Shown here one piece after another: positions 27,113 to 40,402 of a stretch of 64,000 nt of DNA. The position numbers were made by a program, and so were the translations under genes. Every line of letters starts with the position of its first letter. Position 1 is the stretch's first letter. The stretch is taken from contig NC_043020.1 of assembly GCF_006345805.1 (NCBI RefSeq), positions 8,618,001 through 8,682,000 of the forward strand, given 5' to 3'. Below the pieces are notes generated by a model that worked only from the letters and a program-made list of their open reading frames with translations, searched no databases and was not told the DNA's origin. This stretch comes from Octopus sinensis. Its lineage: Eukaryota.

Positions 27113-27358
27113 TCATTACCACCACCACTGCTGTTGTTAATGGCCTTATTAATATTCAATCTGGGGAAAGAATGGTGACCTGGTAGAAACAGCAGGGAAA
27201 AAAGGCCGTTCACCTTGAAATGTTCACTCACATTTGTTTAATGGTATTTTGAGTTCAAATCTTAATCAGCTCAACTGTTGCTTTTCGATTATGTGAACAT
27301 TGTTTGAAGGCATACAAACTGACACACACACGTGTGTGTGTGTGTGTATATATATATA

Positions 27359-28413
27359 TTCAATGTAGAGGTAGGGGTCCACCAAGGTTCAGTCCTCAGC
27401 CCCCTCCTATTTACCATAGTCCTCCAGGCAATAATGGAGGAATTTAAGACAGGATGCCCCTGGGAGCTCGTCTATGCTGATGACCTTGCTCTAATTGCTG
27501 AGTCATTATCAGAACTGGAGGAGAAGTTTCAGGTGTGGAAGCAAGGATTAGAATTGAAGGGCCTTAGAGTCAACCTAGCTAAAACCAAAGTCCTAATAGG
27601 TAGGAAAGCAGGCAAACCACAAATCCCTTCAGGTAGATGGCCCTGCTTGATCTGTAAAAAAGGTGTAGGTAGAAACTCTATAAGTTGTACCCAGTGTAAG
27701 CTATGGACACATAAGAGGTGCAGCAATATCAAAGGAAGGTTAACTGGGAGGATAGTTTTTGTATGTGGCAGATGCTCGGGAGCAATAAACACTGAAAATG
27801 CGCAGAGACCAACTTCCGCCACATTCCAGGGAGAAAAACTAGAAGTAGTTGATAGCTTCCGTTACCTAGGTGACCAAGTCAGTAGCGGAGGAGGGTGCGC
27901 TGAAAGTGTAACTGCTAGAATAAGAATAGCCTGGGCTAAGTTCAGAGAGCTTTTACCTCTGCTGGTGACAAAGAGCCTCTCGCTCAGAGTAAAAGGTAGA
28001 CTGTACGACGCATGTGTACGAACAACCATGCTACATGGCAGTGAAACATGGGCCGTGACTGCTGAGGACATGCATAAGCTCGTAAGGAATGAAGCCAGCA
28101 TGCTCCGATGGATGTGTAATGTCAGTGTGCATACTCGACAGAGTGTTAGTGCCCTGAGAGAAAAGTTGGACCTAAGAAGCATCAGATGTGATGTGCAAGA
28201 GAGACAACTGTGCTGTTATGGTCATGTGGCAAGAATGGATGTGGATAGCTGTGTGAAAAAGTGCCACACTCTAGCAGTTGAGGGAACCTATGGAAGGGGT
28301 AAACCCAGGAAGACCTGGGATGAGGTGGTGAAGCATGACCTTCAAACACTGGGCCTCACCGAGACAATGACTAGTGACCGGGACCTCTGGAAATATGCTG
28401 TGCTTGAGAAGAC
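27359..28413 (+). mobile_element. RTE-clade LINE, 5'-truncated RT with an internal PHD-like zinc finger
   Basis: GVHQGSVLSPLLF, YADD, FRYLG, LHGSETW and YGHVARM motifs; frame uninterrupted. Confidence 0.92.
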
Positions 28414-29839
28414 TGCTTTTGTGTGTGTTGTGTGGTGTGTCACATGATGTGTCATGTGATCAACAAGCATCAATCTTGAGAAATTAGGATTCTCAAAACC
28501 AGCAAGGAGAAAACTAATTAGAAGATTATAAACACAACCCATCAATGGAACTGAAAAAATCTGTAAAACTTTACAAAAGTTTAGCATACAAGGACACATG
28601 CACATGTCCAGACATGCAACTACATATATAAAAGAGACAGCTCTGTACATGCATTTGTATTTCTAGGACTACATTATCCAATGTGCCCTGTTTCCACCAA
28701 TGCCCTCCGTCCTTCATTGCTCTGTGAGGAGGGACCTCACTTGGTCTATTTATTACATAGTTTTCATGTTTTTGAATGGGTTCAAAAACTTTGTGTAAGT
28801 TATATGTAGGGCCCTCGACTTCAGTGTACCTTGTGATCACCTTGTCCACCTAGAGCATAGTGCCAGCCATGTTTACTGCTACTAATACTACTACTACTAC
28901 TGCTGCTGGTGATGATGATTTTTTTTTTATCTTTTAATTTGTTTCAGTCATGGACTGTGGCCATGCTGTGGCACCACCTCAAAGGGTTTAGTTAAACAAA
29001 GTGACCTTACTTATTTAAATCTGGTGCTTTTTTCTGGGAGTCTCTTTTGCTAAACTGCTAAGTTATGGGGATGTAAACAAACCAATACTGATTGTCAAGT
29101 GATGGTTGGGGACAAACACCGACGCATTCACAAACCAACACACACATACACAAACGGATATGCAAATGGACACATGCGCACACAAACCACACACCCAATA
29201 CACATGTACACACACACACACACACACCAATACTCATACACACCAATATACACACACACACACACATGATGGGCTTCCATAGTTTCTATCTACCAGATTC
29301 ACTCGCAAAGCACCAGCCAACCCAGGGCTATAGTAGCAGATCCTTTTCTAAGGTGCCACACAGTGGGACTGAACTCAAGACCACACGGTTGCAAAGCAAG
29401 CTTCATAACCACCCAGCCATACCTACACTCATGATGATGACAACGATGATGATGGTGATGAATCGTGCATGATGATGGCGTGGCTAGAATGTGACCACAG
29501 AGATGCTCTTTCCCATGGAGTATTCACAAGTACCTTGCAGGGAGTATCTCTGTACTGCTTGTACTACCACCACACCACCACACTACTACTGCACATACTA
29601 CTTGTTCGGTTTGTTAGAAATAAATGCCAAGTCTCCTCATGCCACCCCCACCACCACCACCACCATCTGCTTCTTTTTATGGAAGAAAATGTGAAAGACT
29701 TATAAGATGATGTAGTCCTAGATACACTGTGCCTGATTTTAAAAAAATGAAAAGGGGAAAAAGTGGGAGAGAAGCTTATTTTGATTACAGATCTGCTTGA
29801 TCAAAGACGACCTGTGGTTAAGCAGCAAAAAATACCGAT

Positions 29840-29971
29840 ACTGCTACTACTACTACCACCACCATTTCCACTACTACTACTACTACTACTACTATCATTT
29901 CTACTATTAGTACTACCAACACCAATCATTACCCCACTACCACCACCACCACCACCACCACCAATACTACA

Positions 29972-30002
<31 letters not shown>

Positions 30003-30031
30003 TTACTACTACTACTACTACAACCACCACC

Positions 30032-30068
<37 letters not shown>

Positions 30069-30082
30069 TTACTACTACTACT
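29840..30082. repeat. (CTA)n/(CCA)n compound repeat
   Basis: Direct inspection. Confidence 0.9.
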
Positions 30083-30391
30083 GCTGTCACCCCAGTTTTT
30101 AACATCTGTGATTGGCTGTGAACTATTTGTATGTGTATAAATTGATCAGATCAATATCTGACAAAAAAAAACCTATTTCCCACTGAAGGTATTGGGGGCC
30201 TGAGTGGGGGTGGGGTGGGGTGGGGGAGTGGGGTGGTGATGGTGTGGTGGTGTCAGTTTGGGGGGTGGGGAGGAGGAGGAAGAGAAACCAACAAAAACTA
30301 CCTGGTCTCCAGTAAGGTTGGCTTTGTTTTCTTTTTAAAGTTCACTTGCACATCCACACCCATACATACAAAACAAGCCAGTGCCCCTCTC

Positions 30392-31250
30392 CACACACAC
30401 ACACGTCACACACACACATACACACACGTGCACACACACACACACGTCACATGCACACATACACACACACACGTCACATGCACACACACACACATGCACA
30501 CACACACATACACACACACACACACACATACACACACGTGCACCACACACACATGTCACATGCAAACACCCACACACATACACACACGTGCACATACACA
30601 CACGTCACATGCACACACACACACACATACACACACACACACACACACACATACACACACGTGCACACACACACACGTCACATGCAAACACCCACACACA
30701 TACACACACGTGCACACACACACACGTCACATGCACACACACACACACATACACACACGTGCACACACACACACATGTCACATGCACACACACACATACA
30801 CACTCGTGCACACACACACACACACGTCACATGCAAACACCCACACACACACACACACACACCTTTACAACAAATACATACACAATATACATATGTGCAC
30901 ACTCAAAACACATACACATACATACTACATATACACACACACACGCTACATGCACACACTCACACACAACACCCACATACAACACATAAAACATACCACA
31001 CACGCACACATACCACACACGCACACACACACATACTGCAAACACTTGCAATGCACACACACACCACATGTGCACACCCGCACACAACATCCATATGCAA
31101 AACATATGCATACATATAACATGCCACATCACATGCACACACACACACACACACACACTGCAAACACATATACAATGCACACACACACACACACACACCT
31201 TCAACACATATACAATGCACACACACACACACCTTCAACACAACACAACA
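30392..31250. repeat. CA-based complex minisatellite (acacgtcacatgcac units)
   Basis: Direct inspection. Confidence 0.9.
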
Positions 31251-32057
31251 CCTGTTTTGTCAACTCCCAAATGTTCATAAGCATTTCTTTTTCACACACA
31301 AACCTATAGTCCTACATAGATACACATACTTGTCTATGCCTTATTGTTACACACACACACACACACTTTGTACACGTGCCTGTGGAGTGCTCAGCCACTT
31401 GCACATTAACTTCATGAAGCAGGCTGTTTTATTGACCAAATCAACTGGAACCACTCGTCACAACCGACAGAGTACCAGGCCTGTCTTTGTTTTGTGTGGC
31501 CCCTGTTTTTTTCTCTCTTGTCTTTCCTCAAAACCAACTCTATTGCTTTTCATATTATTGTAAACTTGATCAACATAGTTGCTGAGGGGTTTTCTCTACT
31601 GGACCTGTTAGTTCAGTATTAAAATCAGGGTCTATATCAGAGGTTCTCAGCTGGGGTTCATATCACACCCGAGGTTCCATTTAAGTGTTTTCGAGGTTCG
31701 TGCCAGCAAAATAGTAAGTTGTGTATCTGCAATATTATTTTAAGGGTTCAGAAAAAGAATTTTGCTTCAGGTATATTTATTGCAAGATATGAGGTACTAT
31801 CAAAAGATTCCTGGTCGAGTTATGTTTAATAAAAAATAATTTATTTACCTAAGTTTTAACATCATCTTCTTTGAAATACCGTAAATCCTTGAGTATAATC
31901 TGCATTTTTTTCCCAAAATTTAAAGGTCAAAATCCCTAGTGCGTACGAGGTTAAAAATGAAAAATATTTTCTAAGCAATGTCTGAGTCTCTATTTGCTGT
32001 CCAGCAATATTTATTCAGATGCATTTTATGGTGTCGGGTGCGAAAATACCTCATTAA

Positions 32058-32240
32058 TAACTGATGCTGGCAGTTTGTTCCATGCTTCAGCAACTCTCAG
32101 CGTGAAAAAATTTTTCTGAAAGTCATGGGAGCTGTGCTGTTTTCTGACTTTGTAAACATGTCCACGGGTATTAGACAGGTGGAGTTTGAAAAGGTGCTTA
32201 GAGTTATTGTTTGTATGATGGTTGATAATTTTATGGGTGT
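32058..32240 (-). mobile_element. CR1 LINE 3' fragment
   Basis: NTRGHVYKVRKQHSSHDFQKNFFTLRVAEAWNKLPASV matches the end of ORF 5669-6355. Confidence 0.8.
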
Positions 32241-32389
32241 GCTTCCTCATAGAAAATGCGTGTTTTGGAAGATGGGGGCTTAGATGGGATGATGGAAACA
32301 GAAAGAGAGGCACAACTATACCTCAGTAAAGTGTGTGTGTGTGTGTGTGCAGGTAGCTAGTTCAATGGGGTAAGCTTATTGTGGTAGTG

Positions 32390-32770
32390 TGGAGGTGCAA
32401 CGGCCCAGTGGTTAGGGCAACGAACTCGCAGTCGTGGGATCACAGTTCTGATTCCCAAACCGGGTGTTGTGAGTGTTTATTGAGCAAAAACACCTAAAGT
32501 TCCACAAGGCTCTGGCAGGGGTTGATGGTGAACCCTGTTGTACTCTTTCACCACAACTTTCTCTCACTCTTTCTCCCTGTTTCTGTTGTACCTGTATTTC
32601 AAAGGGCCAGCCTTGTCATACACTGTGTCGTGCTGAATCTTCCTGAGAACTACATTAAGGGTGCACGCGTCTGTGGAGTACTCAGCCACTCACACGTTAA
32701 TTTCACGAGCAGGCTGTTCCATTGATCGGATCAACTGGAACCCTTGTTGTCGTACTCGATGGAGTGCCAC
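32390..32770 (+). mobile_element. SINE family C, older copy
   Basis: Similarity to 11682-12075. Confidence 0.8.
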
Positions 32771-33763
32771 GTTATTGTGGTAGTAGTAGTGGTAGTAGTA
32801 GTAGTAGTAGTACAAAACACAGCGAGATAAAACAACATAAGTCCTTGGTTGTAGCTTATTGTCAAACAAGGCAGCGAGCTGGCAGAATCATTAGCACACC
32901 GGGTGAAATGATTAGCGGTATTTTGTCTGCTGTTACATTCTGAGTTCAAATTCCGCTGAGGTCGACTTTGCCTTTCATCCTTTCAGGGTCGATTAAATAA
33001 GTACCTATTTCTTTATTACCCACAAAGGGGCTAAACACAGAGGGGACAAACAAGGACAGACATAGGTATTAAGTCGATTACATCGCCCCCAGTGCGTAAC
33101 TGGTACTTAATTTATCGACCCCGAAAGGATGAAAGGTAAAGTCGACCTTGGCGGAATTTGAACTCACAACGTAACGGCAGACAAAATACCGCTAAGCATT
33201 TCGCCCGGCGTGCTAACGTTTCTGCCAGCTCGCCGATTAAATAAGTACCAGTTATGCACTGAGGTCGATGTAATCGACTTAATCCCTTTGTTTATCCCCT
33301 CTGTATTTAGCCCCCTATGGGCAGTAAAGAAATATATATTGTCAAACAGTTACTAAGCCTTGTTTTAAAGGTGGTCTTCGAGGCTCCAGTGGTTCTCAAC
33401 CATTCTTTATTTAGGGACTCCTTTGAGTCAGCTGGGCCCTCATAGCCATTCAATGTTTTAAACAGTCCTATTATACTTTTATAATTAATTATTATTAGAA
33501 GGTGGCAAGCTGGCAGACTCATTAGCATGCTGGACGAAATGCTTCGGTATTTCACCCATCACAGTGTTCTGAGTTCAAATTCTGCCAAGGTTGACTTTGC
33601 CTTTCATCCTTTTGGGGTCAATAAATTAAGTACCAGTGAAACACTGGGGTCGATGTAATCGACTAGTCCTCTCCCCACTAAATTTCAGGATTATTGGGAA
33701 TTGTATATAAAAAATAAAAAATGTTAAATTAGTTTGTGCTTTGTAGAAGTGTAAATAATTTCT

Positions 33764-34169
33764 AGGCGCAGGAGTGGCTGTGTGGTAAGTAGCTTGTCTA
33801 CCAACCACATGGTTCCGGGTTCAGTCCCACTGCGTGGCATCTTGGGCAAGTGTCTTCTGCTATAGCCTCAGGTCGACCAATGCCTTGTGAGTGGATTTGG
33901 TAGACGGAAACTGAAAGAAGCCTGTCGTATATATGTATATATATATATGTATGTGTGTGTTTGTGTGTGTGTTTGTCCCCCTAGCATTGCTTGACAACCG
34001 ATGCTGGTGTGTTTACTTCCCCATCACTTAGCGGTTCAGCAAAAGAGACCGATAGAATAAGTACTAGGCTTACAAAGAATAAGTCCTGGGGTCGATTTGC
34101 TCAACTAAAGGCGGTGCTCCAGCATGGCCTCAGTCAAATGACTGAAACAAGTAAAAGAGTAAAAGAGTA
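33764..34169 (+). mobile_element. SINE family A
   Basis: Full-length copy. Confidence 0.85.
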
Positions 34170-34782
34170 CATAATTTTTAACCCCCAAATCTTAAATGGG
34201 TGGCCCTTGTGGACTTAGTGGAAGAATTGTTAACAGTATGCCAAAACAGACAGTGGGAGCTTGGTGCACCCCTTTGGTTTGCTAGCTGCTGTCAAACTGT
34301 CCAACTCATGCCAGCATGGAAAGCGGACATTAAATGGTGATGATGATGATGGCCTTCATTCAGCTGTGAAAATATTTGTTCCAACGAAACAAATCACCCA
34401 AAACTATGACTCTACCAGGTCCCTTCATATCATCATCATCGTTTAACGTCCGTTTTCCATGCTAGCATGGGTTGGACGGTTCGATCGGGGTCTCGGAAGC
34501 CAGGAGGCTGCACCAAGCTCCAGTCTGATCTGGCAGTATTTCTACAGCTGGATGCTCTTCCCAATGTCAACCACTCCATAACAGCTAAATCTCCCTCAAA
34601 CCACACCCAAATGTTTTTGTTAAAATAGAGGGATAACATGGATAACAAGATCCCAAATGTACACTGCTTGAAACTTCAAAGAGAAAAAAAAAGAAAGGGA
34701 CGGAATCTTTACTCTGTTACTTGTTTTACTCATTGGACCGTGGCCATGCTGGAACACCACTTTGAAGGGTTTAAGCTGAACA

Positions 34783-35168
34783 ATGGATGGAAGCACTCCG
34801 TCAGTTACGACGACGAGGGTTCCGGTTGATCCGATCAACGGAACAGCCTGCTCGTGAAATTAACGTGTAAGTGGCTGAGCACTCCACAGACACGTGTACC
34901 CTTAACGTAGTTCTCGGGGATATTCAGCGTGACACAGAGAGAGACAAGGCCGGCCCTTTGAAATACAGGTACAACAGAAACAGGAAGTAAGAGTGAGAGA
35001 AAGTTGTGGTGAAAGAGTACAGCAGGGATCACCACCATCCCTGCCGGAGCCTCGTGGAGCTTTAGGTGTTTCCGCTCAATAAACACTCACAACGCCCGGT
35101 CTGGGAATCAAAACCGTGATCCTACGACTGCGAGTCCGCTGCCCTAACCACTGGGCCATTGCGCCCCC
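34783..35168 (-). mobile_element. SINE family C nested in a family A copy
   Basis: TSD ttaagctgaacaa on both sides. Confidence 0.85.
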
Positions 35169-36275
35169 TTAAGCTGAACAAATCCACCTCATTACTTATT
35201 TTTTTTAAAGCCTGGTACTTGCTTTGTCATTGCTTTTGCTACTGAACAGGGATATAAACAAACCAACACTGGTTGTCCAGCAGTGTGTGGGTGTGCACCT
35301 GGGAAAATGTAAATACATTCACACACATAGCTATATGATGGGCTTCCACAGCTTCTATGTACCAAAATCATTCACAAGTCCTTAATTGGACCAGGGCTGT
35401 AGTAGAAAAACTTGCTCAAGGTGTTACACAGTGGGATTGAGCCCCAAACCTCATGGTTGCAAAGTCAGCTTCTTAACTATATATACAGCCATCCTTGCAC
35501 CTTTGGTCACACCTTTTAAAAATCTCCAACCATAGGCTCCTTGAATGCTGGCCAAACTATCTAGGACCAAAGAACAACAATATAGAAAACTACCACCAGT
35601 GTGGTGTTTTGTTGCTCAGCCGATTACCCAGTGTGTTCACTAAATATGGCCAGTCGTATCTTCCCATCATATCCTAATGGAAATAGGTTTTTCTCGAGTA
35701 GTGACAAAAAACTTAAAAGCACCACATTTAAGTTTAATATAAATAAGTGACATCAGGTGATGTTTGGAACAGCTGCTTTCGTGAAGGTACCAGCTGCTCA
35801 CCTGACATATTATTGGGCCTACAGTTTGTGTTTATCTCTCACTCTCTCTCTCTCTCTCTGAATATCCCCTCTCTTAACTAAATCTATATTTTTTCAATCA
35901 ACTTATATGACTACAATGAAAAGAATACCTTCATATATATATATATACATGTGTGTGTAGTATGTATGACTTCATTTTATGTCCATTTTCCATGCTTCGG
36001 TGGCTCAGATAGGTCATTGTGGTCTTGCTCAGTTCATACTGTGAGTTACACTCTGTGTTGTGTGTGTGTAAGATTAGAGAAGATTGATAGTGTAATTCGA
36101 ATTGTAGTATCTATGCCTTATAGCAACATGCACACTCACACGTAGGCACCTGTACATGCACACACACACACACACATTTATGTACATATGTATGTACTTG
36201 TATGTATATTGTGTGTGTATGTGTGTATATACATACACATACAAATATATGTGTGTGTACGTGTATATATATCAT

Positions 36276-36309
<34 letters not shown>

Positions 36310-36744
36310 AATAGATGAGTGTATTTTTACCTTGTTAACAATTAACACGGAAAAAATAAATAAATAGTTACCAGGGCAGCAAAAATCTCACAAGTGGAAT
36401 TTTCGAAACATGTGTCGGAAGTAAAAATATTTGATTTACACTGCGTTAAACTCCATTTATTTATTCATATATATATATAAAGAATATGAGGGGTTTAGTT
36501 CAGTGGTGATCTAAACGAATAGGTACACTGTATCAGGGCTATAATTGGTCATCCGTTAGGATCCAAGCTCACAGCTGAGGCTGGAGCTAGGGATCCGTAG
36601 TAGGCTTCCGGGTTAGCAGGTGTATATTAGAGGAAAAAGGTCAACAAAAGCCAAGGCAGGACAAGTATCTCAAGTCATTAAAAATGTTTAATTAGAGTAA
36701 GGTAAATTTGAAGTAATTAATTGGTTCATTAATTAATTATTGGA

Positions 36745-36822
36745 TGTCTTACAGCTGTTTCTGGGATATCCCAAGTGATAGGTTAGCATCTCCATACACT
36801 GGGTATTCCTTCATCAGAGACA
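36745..36822 (-). ncRNA. Minimal type I hammerhead ribozyme (Penelope-type)
   Basis: tgtct-CTGATGA-[stem II ggaatacccag...tgggatatcc]-GAAAC-agct-GTA-agaca. Confidence 0.7.
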
Positions 36823-36874
36823 AGGTGAGTATGCATGAAAGTTCCAGACAAGGAATTCACCATTTATAAAGGAA

Positions 36875-37234
36875 CTAGCAGTATCGCCCGGCGTTGCTCG
36901 GGTTTGTAAGGGAAATAACTATATAAGCATTTTTAGAGATGTAAAGTATAATAGCCATCTCAATATGGCTAACCACAAGGGGGGGGGGGTTACTGTAGCT
37001 TTTTACGTTCTGAGATTTAATAATAAATTTTTAGAGTTACTTCCCTTATATATGCCAAAAATGCATTTTAAATCGTAGACTCATCATAGACGTGTGCTAA
37101 TACCCAGAAGGGCTCGATATGAATCACGACTATAAGATACCCGGTTTTGGTTAAACTGCACCGCAAAATGTGGGAGTAGTTAGGAATCTAAATCGTAGGA
37201 GACAGACACACAACTTCTCTTTTATATATAAAGA
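36875..37234 (-). mobile_element. Non-autonomous Helitron, same family, different interior
   Basis: Same 3' hairpin/CTAG end and 5' TC end as 3537-4089. Confidence 0.82.
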
Positions 37235-37400
37235 TGAAATAGTAAATAGAAGAATACAGAGAGGAGAATAAGGTATGGGTCTGGAAGAAGATTCTCCTGT
37301 CTGTATTCTTCTATTTACTGTTTCATTCTCTATTCTATCTATCTGTCTGTCTGTCCATCTCTTTCTTTCTTTCTTTCCTGTAGATATGTGTTTGTAAGTA

Positions 37401-38420
37401 TCGGGTTGGCCAAAAAGTCCGTTCAGTTTTTTTAAATGAAAATAAGACACAAGTTTTTAACACAGTGCAATTTATTCAATCAGTGATATAGTTACCGTCT
37501 TGTTCCAATATCTTCTGACATCTTGTGGACAGATCTATTATTCCCCACTCAAAGAATTTCTTGTCTTTCTTGGTAAAGGATTCTTCCAGGTGAATTTTTT
37601 TATATTCTCTTCAGAGATGAAGGTTTGTCCATACAATGAATTTTGAAGAGACCAAAACAGGTGGGAATCTGAAGGTGCAAAATTAGGTGAAAATGGTGGG
37701 TGTGGCAAAACCTTCCCCTCCAAACCCCAGAAACTTCAGCTGCATCTGCAAAGAAGTCTGCAGTCTGGCACTGTCGTGATGAAAGATGATGCCCTTACGA
37801 TTAGCAAGTGATGGATGCTTCAGGTGGATTGCTGCATTTCATTTGTCCAGCTGGTCACAGTTACAGGTGTGAATTGATGGAAAGAAGCATTTAATTTGTC
37901 CAGCTGGTCACAGTTACAGGTGTGAATTGATGGCCCTGTTCATGGAAAGAAGCTCATAAATGACCGATCTCTTCCAATTACAACAAATTGAAAGCCTAAC
38001 CTTCTTCAGGTGAAATTCTGCTTTGAAGGTTGTTTGCGATGGTTCACCTTGCTTCCTCCAGGATCTCTTGTGCTTCACATTGTTATAGACGATCCATTTT
38101 TCGTCCCCCTTTCACTATTCTCTTTAAAAAAAAAGTATCGTTTTCTTCCCATTTCTATAATGGAAATCAGGTTTGGCAAGTTTCTCCTCATTCAATTGAT
38201 GTGGGACCCAGGCATCGAACTTGATGCAAATGGTTTTCAACACTCAATTTGGACATTTGGAGTCTATCTGGCAGCATTTAGCAGAGGTTGGTGTTGACCA
38301 ATTCCTTCATTTTGTCACTGTTAATCTTGAAATCTTGAAAACCACTTTTGGCACACATGTTCCACAACAACATACTCTCTGTACATAGCAATATCTTCCT
38401 GCAGGAATCCACTGTTTTGT
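37401..38420 (-). mobile_element. Degenerate mariner transposon
   Basis: WVPHQL, KWIVYNNVK and HPPFSPNFAPSDSHLFWSLQNSL motifs; TA followed by TIR-like tcgggttggccaaaaagtccg. Confidence 0.85.
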
Positions 38421-38567
38421 GACCTTTAAACCGGTCATATCCGATCAAAATGTTTTCCGTTTTGTATTCAAACTGGCCAGATCCAGCATCTTACTCCTAC
38501 CCTACAATGTCATTCTAAAATTAGACAATCACACAGTTTAAATCTCAAAAGCTGTTAGATAATACGT

Positions 38568-38712
38568 ATGGTAAGTAGCTTGCTAACCAACCACATGGTT
38601 TCGGGTTCAGTCCCACTGCGTGGCATCTTGGGCAAGTGTCTTCTGCTATAGCCCCGGGCCGACCAATGCCTTGTGAGTGGATTTGGTAGACAGAAACTGA
38701 AAGAAGCCTGTC

Positions 38713-38778
<66 letters not shown>

Positions 38779-38967
38779 TTGTCCCCCTAGCATTGCTTGA
38801 CAACCGATGCTGGTGTGTTTGTGTCCCCGTCACTTAGTGGTTCGGCAAAAGAGACTGATAGAATAAGTACTGGGCTTACAAAGAATAATTCCCAGGGTCG
38901 ATTTGCTCGACTAAAGGCGGTGCTCCAGCATGGCCGCAGTCAAATGACTGAAACAAGTAAAAGAGTA
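38568..38967 (+). mobile_element. SINE family A, inside a decayed piggyBac-like MITE
   Basis: Similarity to 8451-8850. Confidence 0.8.
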
Positions 38968-39628
38968 ATTAATTAAAAAAGAATTCGAATAAATAAGAAT
39001 TTAATTTGAGCAAATAATCAGAATGTTAATTAGTTAAGATAAAAAATAGAAACATGATATTTTGATAATATTTGTTTTGACTCTCCATTTTCTGGGTCAT
39101 CTCAAACACACAAACTATAACTGGTCTTGCTACAAGCTCATGTTGTTTGATAGACTGAGTGATAATTACCTTGCTTGAAAACAAATGAGTGTTGGTGACA
39201 GGAAAGGCATCTGGCTTTTAGAAAACTCTGTCAGCATATTTTTGTCTGACACAGGCAAACGAGGAAAAGTGGCCATTAAAATATTGATGATGATGGTGTA
39301 TATTTGTGTGTGTGTGTGTAGTGTGTGTGTGCATCCTTGTTTGTTCCCACCACTGTTAGTTTGTTTGTGTCCCTCCTACTTACTGGTTCAGTAATAAGAG
39401 AAGGATAGAACAAATGTCACTTAAAATAAGTGATGGAGTGAAATTGCTCAACTCTTTTTTTAGGTATTGCTCCAGCATGGCCACAATTCAGAGATTGAAA
39501 CATATAAAACTAAAAAAAAAAAAAATGAAGCAAAAAAAAATGAAAAAAATTGTGAGGGGGAACAATGTTTATTTGGTTCTCTCTCTCTCTCTCTCTCACG
39601 TTTTCTTTTCCCTTTTATTAACGAACAG

Positions 39629-39793
39629 GTGTCGAGAAACTCAAAGAAATTGAATCCGGTCTCCGTTATGACATCAATCAAATGTCGGCCAGATTGGTGC
39701 GGCAATTAAAGAGGAGGGACCATCGAATTGCCAAACTCAATTGCAATTTTGACCTTGTCACAGCCTTTTTGCAAGCATCTTCTCTGAAGCGCC
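39629..39793 (+). CDS. TBC1D30: TBC1D30-like Rab-GAP, internal coding exon (coiled-coil region upstream of TBC domain, long isoform)
   Basis: Polypyrimidine tract and AG acceptor (39627-28), GTAAGT donor (39794). Translates VEKLKEIESGLRYDINQMSARLVRQLKRRDHRIAKLNCNFDLVTAFLQASSLKRR, resembling vertebrate TBC1D30 ...SAKLLRHLKQKDRLLHKVQRNCDIVTACLQAVSQKRR (recalled). Phase-1 end matches the next exon. Confidence 0.88.
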
Positions 39794-39801
39794 GTAAGTT
39801 T

Positions 39802-40402
39802 ACTATTATTATTATTATTATTATCATCATCATCATCATCATTATTATTATCATCATTATTATTATCATCATTATTATTATCATCATCATCATTATCGTC
39901 ATCGTTGTCATCGCCATCATTATCACCAACGTCGTTGTTGTCATCATTGTCGTCATCATCATCGTTATTATCATCATTATTATCATTATCATTATTATCA
40001 TCATTATTATTATCATTATCATCATCATCATCATTATTATTATCATCAGCAGCATTATTATTATCATCATTATTATTATCATCAGCAGCATTATTATTAT
40101 CATCATCATTATTATCATCATCATCATTATTATCATCATCATCATTATTATTATTATTATTATTATCCTCATTATTATTATTATTATTATTATTATCCTC
40201 ATTATTATTATTATTATTATTATTATCATCATCATCATTATTATCATCATCATCATTATCATCATCATCATCATTATTATCATTATTATTATTATCATCA
40301 TCATCATTATTATCATCATCATTATTATCATCATCATCATTATCATCATCATCATCATTATCATTATCAACATTATTATCATCATCATTATTATTATTAT
40401 TA
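39802..40402. repeat. ~600-bp (ATT/ATC)n compound trinucleotide tract
   Basis: Direct inspection; starts 8 bp after the exon donor. Confidence 0.95.

Noticed and set aside
31877-32050. TA-CCGTA pogo/Tigger-like terminus
   Set aside because: Only one end found and no coding remnant; insufficient to delimit an element
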